Positions 15,001-27,000 of a stretch of 64,000 nucleotides of DNA are shown here, piece by piece. Position 1 is the stretch's first letter. Each line of letters starts with the position of its first letter. This DNA is from Raillietiella orientalis (taxonomy: Eukaryota), in assembly GCA_036172245.1 (NCBI GenBank), contig JAYWIR010000027.1, positions 1 to 64,000 on the forward strand. Reading direction: 5' to 3'. Position numbers and translations under genes: made by a program. The notes beneath the pieces were generated by a model, which made no database searches, had not been told where the DNA came from, and was given only the letters and a program-made list of their open reading frames with translations.

Positions 15001-18000
15001 ACCTTGGAATCCCCGTTCCTCTTCAAGGGATACCTCGGCGCCTTCCCAAATGGTCCCCGATGTCCACGTCTAAGATGTGTGGAAGGGGACTCTTCAATTC
15101 GGCAGCATCACCTAGGATACAATAAAATAATTCTTGTATCTGCAAATCCCTCCACCTTCAGTATCCAGGGATCCTCTGTCCTTGCATTTCATCTTTGTCC
15201 GTGTGCAGCACACGACACTCACATTAGTTCCCCCTTTACGAATCGCAAATCCGTTCGACCCGACGACGAGAAAAGCAATTGAAATTACCTTGGAATCCCC
15301 GTTCCTCTTCACGGAAACCCTCTGCGTCTTCCCAAATGGTCCCCGATGTCAACGTCTGGGATGGGAGGAAGAGTATTCATGAATTCGGCAGCATAACCTA
15401 CGATTTAAGAAAAAAATTCGTGTATCTGCAAATCCCTTTACCTTCAGTTTCCAAGATTCCTCTGTCATCTCATATCTTCTATCTCCATGGGCAGTGCACG
15501 ACACTCACAGTAGATCCCCCCTTACGAATCGCAAATCCGTCGGACCCGACGACGAGAAAAGCAATTGAACTTACCTCGGAATCCCCGTTCCTCTTCACGG
15601 AAACCCTCTGCGTCTTCCCAAATGGTCCCCGATGTCCACGTCAAGGATGGGTGGAAGGGGACTCTTGAATTCGGCAGCATCACCTAGGATTCAATAAAAT
15701 ACTTCTTGTTTCTACAAATCCCTTTACCTTCGGTTTCCAAGGATCCTCTATCCTCGCATATCTTCTGTCTCCATGGACAGTGCACGAAACTCACAGTAGA
15801 TCCCCCCTTACGAGTCGCAAATCCGTTTTCACCCGACGACGAGAAAAGCAATTGAACTTACCTTGGAATCCCCGTTCCTCTTCACGGAATCCCTCTGCAT
15901 CTTCCCAAATGGTCCCCGATGTCCATGTCTATGATGGGAGGAAGACGATTCCTGAATTCTTCGGCATAACCTAGGATTTAATAAAAAAATTCTTGTATCT
16001 GCAAATCCCTTTACCTTCAGTTTCCAGGGATCCTCTGTCCTTGCAGTTCATCTTTCTCAATGGGCAGTACACGACACTCACTTTAGATCCCCCCTTGGGA
16101 ATCGCAAATCCTTCCGACCCGACGACGAGAAAAGCAATTGAACTTACCTTGGAATCCCCGTTCCTTTTCACGGAATCTCTCTGCAGCTTCCCAAATGGTA
16201 CCCGATGTCCACCCCTGGGATGGGAAAAAGACGATTCCTGAATTCGGCAGCATAACCTGGGATCAATAAAATAATTCTTGTTTCTACAAATCCCTTTACC
16301 TTCGGTTTCCAAGGATACTCTATCCTCGCATAACTTCTGTCTCCATGGGAAGTACACGACACTTACATTAGATCCCCCCTTAGGAGTCGCAAATCCGTCC
16401 GAACCGACGACGAGAAAAGGAATCGAACTTACCTTGTAATCTCCGTTCCTCTTCAAGGAATTCCTCAACGTCTTCTCAAATGGTCCCCGGTGTCAACGTC
16501 TAGGATGGGAGGAAGAGGATTCATGAATTCGGCAGCATAACCTAGGATTTAAGAAAAAAATTCCTGTATCTGCAAATCCCTTTACCTTCAGTTTCCAAGA
16601 TTCCTCTGTCATCTCATATCTTCTCTCTCCATGGGCAGTGCACGACACTCACAGTAGATCCCCCCTTACGAATCGCAAATGCGTCCGACCCGACGACGAG
16701 AAAAGCAATTGAACTTACCTTGGAATCCCCGTTCCTCTTCACGGAATCCCTCTGCATCTTCCCAAATGGTCCCCGATGTCCACGTCTAGGATGGGAGGAA
16801 GACGATTCCTGAATTCCGCAGCAAAACCTAGGATTCAATAAAAAAATTCTTGTATCTGCAAATCCCTTTACCTTCAGTTTCCAGGGATCCTCTGTCCTTG
16901 CAGTTCATCTTTCTCAATGGGCAGTACACGACACTCACTTTAGATCCCCCCTTGGGAATCGCAAATCCTTCCGACCCGACGACGAGAAAAGCAATTGAAC
17001 TTACCTTGGAATCCCCGTTCCTTTACGGAATCCCTCTGCAGCTTCCCAAATGGTACCCGATGTCCACCCCTTGGATGGGAAAAAGACGATTCCTGAATTC
17101 GGCAGCATAACCTGGGATCAATAAAATAATTCTTGTTTCTACAAATCCCTTTACCTTCGGTTTCCAAGGATCCTCTATCCTCGCATAACTTCTGTCTCCA
17201 TGGGCAGTACACGACACTTACATTAGATCCCCCCTTAGGAGTCGCAAATCCGTCCGAACCGACGACGAGAAAAGGAATCGAACTTACCTTGGAATCTCCG
17301 TTCCTCTTCAAGGAATTCCTCAACGTCTTCTCAAATGGTCCCCGATGTCAACGTCTGGGATGGGAGGAAGAGGATTCATGAATTCGGCAGCATCACCTAG
17401 GATTCAATACACAATTTCTTGTATCTGCAAATCCCTTTACCTTCAGTTTCCAGGTATCCTCTGTCCTTGCAGTTCATCTTTCTCAATGGGCAGTACACGA
17501 CACTCACAGTAGATCCCCCCTTACGAATCGCAAATCCGTCCGACCCGACGACGTGAAAAGCAATTGAACTTACCTTGGAATCCCCGTTCCTCTTCACGGA
17601 ATCCCTCTGCATCTTCCCAAATGGTCCCCGATGTCCACGTCTAGGATGGGTGGAAGGGGACACTTGAATTCGGCAGCATCACCTAGGATTCAATAAACAA
17701 TTTCTTGTATCTGCAAATCCCTTTACCTTCAGTTTCCAGGTATCCTCTGTCCTTGCAGTTCATCTTTCTCAATGGGCAGTACACGACACTCACAGTAGAT
17801 CCCTCCTTACGAATCGCAAATCCGTCCGACCCGACGACGTGAAAAGCAATTGAACTTACCTTCGAATCCCCGTTCCTCTTCACGGAATCCCTCTGCATCT
17901 TCCCAAATGGTCCCCGATGTCCACGTCTAGGATGGTGGAAGGGGACACTTGAATTCGGCAGCATCACCTAGGATTCAATAAACAATTTCTTGTATCTGCA

Positions 18001-21000
18001 AATCCCTTTACCTTCAGTTTCCAGGTATCCTCTGTCCTTGCAGTTCATCTTTCTCAATGGGCAGTACACGACACTCACAGTAGATCCCCCCTTACGAATC
18101 GCAAATCCGTCCGACCCGACGACGAGAAAAGCAATTGAACTTACCTTCGAATCCCCGTTCCTCTTCACGGAATCCCTCTGCATCTTCCCAAATGGTCCCC
18201 GATGTCCACGTCTAGGATGGGTGGAAGGGGACACTTGAATTCGGCAGCATCACCTAGGATTCAATAAACAATTTCTTGTATCTGCAAATCCCTTTACCTT
18301 CAGTTTCCAGATATCCTCTGTCCTTGCAGTTCATCTTTCCCAATGGGCAGTACACGACACCCACTTTAGATCCTTCCTTGGGAATCGCAAATCCGTCCGA
18401 CCCGACCACGAGAAAAGCAATTGAACTTACCTTGGAATCCCCGTTCCTCTTCAAGGGATACCTCGGCGCCTTCCCAAATGGTCCCCGATGTCCACGTCTA
18501 AGATGTGTGGAAGGGGACTCTTCAATTCGGCAGCATCACCTAGGATACAATAAAATAATTCTTGTATCTGCAAATCCCTCCACCTTCAGTATCCAGGGAT
18601 CCTCTGTCCTTGCATTTCATCTTTGTCCGTGTGCAGCACACGACACTCACATTAGTTCCCCCTTTACGAATCGCAAATCCGTCGGACCCGACGACGAGAA
18701 AAGCAATTGAAATTACCTTGGAATCCCCGTTCCTCTTCACGGAAACCCTCTGCGTCTTCCCAAATGGTCCCCGATGTCAACGTCTGGGATGGGAGGAAGA
18801 GTATTCATGAATTCGGCAGCATAACCTAGGATTTAAGAAAAAAATTCGTGTATCTGCAAATCCCTTTACCTTCAGTTTCCAAGATTCCTCTGTCATCTCA
18901 TATCTTCTATCTCCATGGGCAGTGCACGACACTCACAGTAGATCCCCCCTTACGAATCGCAAATCCGTCGGACCCGACGACGAGAAAAGCAATTGAACTT
19001 ACCTCGGAATCCCCGTTCCTCTTCACGGAAACCCTCTGCGTCTTCCCAAATGGTCCCCGATGTCCACGTCAAGGATGGGTGGAAGGGGACTCTTGAATTC
19101 GGCAGCATCACCTAGGATTCAATAAAGTACTTCTTGTTTCTACAAATCCCTTTACCTTCGGTTTCCAAGGATCCTCTATCCTCGCATATCTTCTGTCTCC
19201 ATGGACAGTGCACGAAACTCACAGTAGATCCCCCCTTACGAGTCGCAAATCCGTTTTCACCCGACGACGAGAAAAGCAATTGAACTTACCTTGGAATCCC
19301 CGTTCCTCTTCACGGAATCCCTCTGCATCTTCCCAAATGGTCCCCGATGTCCACGTCTAGGATGGGTGGAAGGGGACACTTGAATTCGGCAGCATCACCT
19401 AGGATTCAATAAACAATTTCTTGTATCTGCAAATCCCTTTACCTTCAGTTTCCAGGTATCCTCTGTCCTTGCAGTTCATCTTTCTCAATGGGAAGTACAC
19501 GACACCCACTTTAGATCCCTCCTTGGGAATCGCAAATCCGTCCGACCGGACGACGAGAAAAGCAATTGAACTTACCTTGGAATCCCCGTTCCTCTTCACG
19601 GAATCCCTCTGCATCTTCCCAAATGGTCCCCGATGTCCACGTCTAGGATGGGTGGAAGGGGACACTTGAATTCGGCAGCATCACCTAGGATTCAATAAAC
19701 AATTTCTTGTATCTGCAAATCCCTTTACCTTCAGTTTCCAGGTATCCTCTGTCCTTGCAGTTCATCTTTCTCAATGGGCAGTACACGACACTCACAGTAG
19801 ATCCCCCCTTACGAATCGCAAATCCGTCCGACCCGACGACGAGAAAAGCAATTGAACTTACCTTGGAATCCCCGTTCCTCTTCACGGAATCCCTCTGCAT
19901 CTTCCCAAATGGTCCCCGATGTCCACGTCTAGGATGGGTGGAAGGGGACACTTGAATTCGGCAGCATCACCTAGGATTCAATAAACAATTTCTTGTATCT
20001 GCAAATCCCTTTACCTTCAGTTTCCAGGTATCCTCTGTCCTTGCAGTTCATCTTTCTCAATGGGCAGTACACGACACTCACAGTAGATCCCCCCTTACGA
20101 ATCGCAAATCCGTCCGACCCGACGACGTGAAAAGCAATTGAACTTACCTTGGAATCCCCGTTCCTCTTCACGGAATCCCTCTGCATCTTCCCAAATGGTC
20201 CCCGATGTCCACGTCTAGGATGGGTGGAAGGGGACACTTGAATTCGGCAGCATCACCTAGGATTCAATAAACAATTTCTTGTATCTGCAAATCCCTTTAC
20301 CTTCAGTTTCCAGGTATCCTCTGTCCTTGCAGTTCATCTTTCTCAATGGGCAGTACACGACACTCACAGTAGATCCCCCCTTACGAATCGCAAATCCGTC
20401 CGACCCGACGACGTGAAAAGCAATTGAACTTACCTTCGAATCCCCGTTCCTCTTCACGGAATCCCTCTGCATCTTCCCAAATGGTCCCCGATGTCCACGT
20501 CTAGGATGGGTGGAAGGGGACACTTGAATTCGGCAGCATCACCTAGGATTCAATAAACAATTTCTTGTATCTGCAAATCCCTTTACCTTCAGTTTCCAGA
20601 TATCCTCTGTCCTTGCAGTTCATCTTTCTCAATGGGCAGTACACGACACCCACTTTAGATCCTTCCTTGGGAATCGCAAATCCGTCCGACCCGACCACGA
20701 GAAAAGCAATTGAACTTACCTTGGAATCCCCGTTCCTCTTCAAGGGATACCTCGGCGCCTTCCCAAATGGTCCCCGATGTCCACGTCTAGGATGGGTGGA
20801 AGGGGACTCTTCAATTCGGCAGCATCACCTAGGATTCAATAAAATAATTCTTGTTTCTGCAAATCCCTTCACCTTCAGTATCCAGGGATCCTCTGTCGTT
20901 GCATTTCATCTTTGTCCGTGTGCAGCACACGACACTCACATTAGTTCCCCCTTTACGAATCGCAAATCCGTCGGACCCGACGACGAGAAAAGCAATTGAA

Positions 21001-24000
21001 CTTACCTTGGAATCCCCGTTCCTCTTCACGGAAACCCTCTGCGTCTTCCCAAATGGTCCCCGATGTCCACGTCAAGGATGGGTGAAAGGGGACTCTTGAA
21101 TTCGGCAGCATCACCTAGGATTCAAGAAAATACTTCTTGTTTCTACAAATCCCTTTACCTTCTTTTTCCAAGGATCCTCTATCCTCGCATATCTTCTGTC
21201 TCCATGGGCAGTGCACGACACTCACAGTAGATCCCCCCTTACGAATCGCAAATCCGTCCGACCCGACGACGAGAAAAGCAATTGAACTTACCTTGGAATC
21301 CCCGTTCCTCTTCACGGAAACTTTCTGCGTCTTCCCAAATGGTCCCCGATGTCCACGTCAAGGATGGGTGGAACAGGACTCTTGAATTCGGCAGCATCAC
21401 CTAGGATTCAATAAAATACTTCTTGTTTCTACAAATCCCTTTACCTTCGGTTTCCAAGGATCCTCTATCCTCGCATATCTTCTGTCTCCATGGACAGTGC
21501 ACGACACTCACAGTAGATCCCCCCTTACGAGTCGCAAATCCGTTTTGACCCGACGACGAGAAAAGCAATTGAACTTACCTTGGAATCCCCGTTCCTCTTC
21601 ACGGAATCCCTCTGCATCTTCCCAAATGGTCCCCGATGTCCATGTCTATGATGGGAGGAAGACAATTCCTGAATTCTTCGGCATAACCTAGGATTTAATA
21701 AAAAAATTCTTGTATCTGCAAATCCCTTTACCTTCAGTTTCCAGGTATCCTCTGTCCTTGCAGTTCATCTTTCTCAATGGGCAGTACACGACACTCACTT
21801 TAGATCCCCCCTTAGGAGTCGCAAATCCGTCCGAACCGACGACGAGAAAAGGAATCGAACTTACCTTGGAATCTCCGTTCCTCTTCAAGGAATTCCTCAA
21901 CGTCTTCTCAAATGGTCCCCGATGTCAACGTCTGGGATGGGAGGAAGAGGATTCATGAATTCGGCAGCATCACCTAGGATTCAATAAACAATTTCTTGTA
22001 TCTGCAAATCCCTTTACCTTCAGTTTCCAGGTATCCTCTGTCCTTGCAGTTCATCTTTCTCAATGGGCAGTACACGACACTCACAGTAGATCCCTCCTTA
22101 CGAATCGCAAATCCGTCCGACCCGACGACGAGAAAAGCAATTGAACTTACCTTGGAATCCCCGTTCCTCTTCACGGAATCCCTCTGCAACTTCCCAAATG
22201 GTCCCCGATGTCCACGTCTAGGATGGGTGGAAGGGGACACTTGAATTCGGCAGCATCACCTAGGATTCAATAAACAATTTCTTGTATCTGCAAATCCCTT
22301 TACCTTCAGTTTCCAGGTATCCTCTGTCCTTGCAGTTCATCTTTCTCAATGGGCAGTACACGACACTCACAGTAGATCCCCCCTTACGAATCGCAAATCC
22401 GTCCGACCCGACGACGAGAAAAGCAATTGAACCTACCTTGGAATCCCCGTTCCTCTTCACGGAATCCCTCTGCATCTTCCCAAATGGTCCCCGATGTCCA
22501 CGTCTAGGATGGATGGAAGGGGACACTTGAATTCGGCAGCATCACCTAGGATTCAATAAACAATTTCTTGTATCTGCAAATCCCTTTACCTTCAGTTTCC
22601 AGGTATCCTCTGTCCTTGCAGTTCATCTTTCTCAATGGGCAGTACACGACACCCACTTTAGATCCCTCCTTGGGAATCGCAAATCCGTCCGACCCGACGA
22701 CGAGAAAAGCAATTGAACTTACCTTGGAATCCCCGTTCCTCTTCACGGAATCCCTCTGCATCTTCCCAAATGGTCCCCGATGTCCACGTCTAGGATGGGT
22801 GGAAGGGGACACTTGAATTCGGCAGCATCACCTAGGATTCAATAAACAATTTCTTGTATCTGCAAATCCCTTTACCTTCAGTTTCCAGGTATCCTCTGTC
22901 CTTGCAGTTCATCTTTCTCAATGGGCAGTACACGACACCCACTTTAGATCCTTCCTTGGGAATCGCAAATCCGTCCGACCCGACCACGAGAAAAGCAATT
23001 GAACTTACCTTGGAATCCCCGTTCCTCTTCAAGGGATACCTCGGCGCCTTCCCAAATGGTCCCCGATGTCCACGTCTAGGATGGGTGGAAGGGGACTCTT
23101 CAATTCGGCAGCATCACCTAGGATTCAATAAAATAATTCTTGTTTCTGCAAATCCCTTCACCTTCAGTATCCAGGGATCCTCTGTCCTTGCATTTCATCT
23201 TTGTCCGTGTGCAGCACACGACACTCACATTAGTTCCCCCTTTACGAATCGCAAATCCGTCGGACCCGACGACGAGAAAAGCAATTGAACTTACCTTGGA
23301 ATCCCCGTTCCTCTTCACGGAAACCCTCTGCGTCTTCCAAAATGGTCCCCGATGTCCACGTCAAGGATGGGTGGAAGAGGACTCTTGAATTCGGCAGCAT
23401 CACCTAGGATTCAATAAAATACTTCTTGTTTCTACAAATCCCTTTACCTTCGGTTTCCAAGGATCCTCTATCCTCGCATATCTTCTGTCTCCATGGACAG
23501 TGCACGACACTCACAGTAGATCCCCCCTTACGAGTCGCAAATCCGTTTTGACCCGACGACGAGAAAAGCAATTGAACTTACCTTGGAATCCCCGTTCCTC
23601 TTCACGGAATCCCTCTGCATCTTCCCAAATGGTCCCCGATGTCCATGTCTATGATGGGAGGAAGACGATTCCTGAATTCTTCGGCATAACCTAGGATTTA
23701 ATAAAAAAATTCTTGTATCTGCAAATCCCTTTACCTTCAGTTTCCAGGGATCCTCTGTCCTTGCAGTTCATCTTTCTCAATGGGCAGTACACGACACTCA
23801 CTTTAGATCCCCCCTTGGGAATCGCAAATCCTTCCGACCCGACGACGAGAAAAGCAATTGAACTTACCTTGGAATCCCCGTTCCTTTTCACGGAATCCCT
23901 CTGCAGCTTCCCAAATGGTACCCGATGTCCACCCCTTGGATGGGAAAAAGACGATTCCTGAATTCGGCAGCATAACCTGGGATCAATAAAATAATTCTTG

Positions 24001-27000
24001 TTTCTACAAATCCCTTTACCTTCGGTTTCCAAGGATCCTCTATCCTCGCATAACTTCTGTCTCCATGGGCAGTACACGACACTTACATTAGATCCCCCCT
24101 TAGGAGTCGCAAATCCGTCCGAACCGACGACGAGAAAAGGAATCGAACTTACCTTGGAATCTCCGTTCCTCTTCAAGGAATTCCTCAACGTCTTCTCAAA
24201 TGGTCCCCGATGTCAACGTCTGGGATGGGAGGAAGAGGATTCATGAATTCGGCAGCATAACCTAGGATTTAAGAAAAAAATTCGTGTATCTGCAAATCCC
24301 TTTACCTTCAGTTTCCAAGATTCCTCTGTCATCTCATATCTTCTCTCTCCATGGGCAGTGCACGACACTCACAGTAGATCCCCCCTTACGAATCGCAAAT
24401 CCGTCCGACCCGACGACGAGAAAAGCAATTAAACTTACCTTGGAATCCCCGCTCTTCACGGGTCTTCATCCCCGATGTCCACGTCAAGGATGGATGGACC
24501 TTCAATTCGGCAGCATCACCTAGGATTCAATAAAATTTTGTTTCATCCCTTTATTTCCAAGGATCCTCTATCCTCTCCATGGCACGACACTCACAGATCC
24601 CTCTTACGAATCGCAAATCCCCGACGACGAGAAGAGCAATTGAACTTACCTTGGAATCCCCGTTCCTCTTCACGGAATCCCTCTGCATCTTCCCAAATGG
24701 TCCCCGATGTCCACGTCTACGATGGGTGGAAGGGGACACTTGAATTCGGCAGCATCACCTAGGATTCAATAAACAATTTCTTGTATCTGCAAATCCCTTT
24801 ACCTTCAGTTTCCAGATATCCTCTGTCCTTGCAGTTCATCTTTCTCAATGGGCAGTACACGACACCCACTTTAGATCCTTCCTTGGGAATCGCAAATCCG
24901 TCCGACCCGACCACGAGAAAAGCAATTGAACTTACCTTGGAATCCCCGTTCCTCTTCAAGGGATACCTCGGCGCCTTCCCAAATGGTCCCCGATGTTTAC
25001 GTCTAGGATGGGTGGAAGGGGACTCTTCAATTCGGCAGCATCACCTAGGATTCAATAAAATAATTCTTGTTTCTGCAAATCCCTTCACCTTCAGTATCCA
25101 GGGATCCTCTGTCCTTGCATTTCATCTTTGTCCGTGTGCAGCACACGACACTCACATTAGTTCCCCCTTTACGAATCGCAAATCCGTCGGACCCGACGAC
25201 GAGAAAAGCAATTGAACTTACCTTGGAATCCCCGTTCCTCTTCACGGAAACCCTCTGCGTCTTCCAAAATGGTCCCCGATGTCCACGTCAAGGATGGGTG
25301 GAAGAGGACTCTTGAATTCGGCAGCATCACCTAGGATTCAATAAAATACTTCTTGTTTCTACAAATCCCTTTGCCTTCAGTTTCCAGATATCCTCTGTCC
25401 TTGCAGTTCATCTTTCTCAATGGGCAGTACACGACACCCACTTTAGATCCTTCCTTGGGAATCGCAAATCCGTCCGACCCGACCACGAGAAAAGCAATTG
25501 AACTTACCTTGGAATCCCCGTTCCTCTTCAAGGGATACCTCGGCGCCTTCCCAAATGGTCCCCGATGTCCACGTCTAGGATGGGTGGAAGGGGACTCTTC
25601 AATTCGGCAGCATCACCTAGGATTCAATAAAATAATTCTTGTTTCTGCAAATCCCTTCACCTTCAGTATCCAGGGATCCTCTGTGCTTGCATTTCATCTT
25701 TGTCCGTGTGCAGCACACGACACTCACATTAGTTCCCCCTTCACGAATCGCAAATCCGTTCGACCCGACGACGAGAAAAGCAATTGAACTTACCTTGGAA
25801 TCCCCTTTCCTTTTCACGGAATCCCTCTGCAACTTCCCAAATGGTCCCCGATGTCCACGTCTGGGATAGGAGGAAGACGATTCCTGAATTCGGCAGCATA
25901 ACCTCGAATCAATGAAATAATTCTTGTTTCTACAAATCCCTTTACCTTCGGTTTCCAGGGATCCTCTATCCTCGCATAACTTCTGTCTCCATGGACAGTG
26001 CACGACACTCACAGTAGATCCCCCCTTACGAATCGCAAATCCGTCCGACCCGACGACGAGAAAAGCAATTGAACTTACCTTGGAATCCCCGTTCCTCTTC
26101 ACGTTATCCCTCTGCATCTTCCCAAATGGTCCCCGATGTCCACGTCTAGGATGGGTGGAAGGGGACACTTGAATTCGCATCATCACCTAGGATTCAAGAA
26201 ACAATTTCTTGTATCTGCAAATCCCTTTACCTTCAGTTTCCAGGTATCCTCTGTCCTTGCAGTTCATCTATCTCAATGGGCAGTACACGACACCCACTTT
26301 AGATCCTTCCTTGGGACTAGCAAATCCGTCCGACCCGACGACGAGAAAAGCAATACAACTTACCTTGGAATCCCCGTTCCTCTTCACGGAATCCCTCTGC
26401 GTCTTCCCAAATGGTCCCCGATGTCCACGTCAAGAATGGGTGGAAGGGGACTCTTGAATTCGGCAGCATCACCTAGGATTCAATAAAATAATTCTTGTTT
26501 CTACAGATCCCTTTACCTTCGGTTTCCAAGGATCCTCTATCCTCGCATAACTTCTGTTTCCATGGGCAGTACACGACACTTACATTAGATCCCCCCTTAG
26601 GAGTCGCAAATCCGTCCGACCCGACGACGAGAAATGGAATCCTACTTACCTTGGAATCTCCGTTCCTCTTCAAGGAATTCCTCAACGTCTTCCCAAATGG
26701 TTCCCGATGTCCACGTCTGGAATAAGATTAAGAGGATTTCTGAATTCGACAGCATAACCTAGGATTTAATAAAAAAAATTTATATCTGCAAAACCCATTA
26801 CCTTCAGTTTCCAGGGATCCTTTGTCCTGGCAGTTCGTCTTTCTCAATGGACAGTACACGACACTCACATTAGATCCCCCCTTAAAAATCGCAAATCCGT
26901 CCGACCCGACCACGAGAAAAGCAATTGAATGAACCTTGGAATCCCCGTTCCTCTTGTAGGGATACCTCGGCGTCTTCCCAAATGGTCCCCGATGTCCTCG

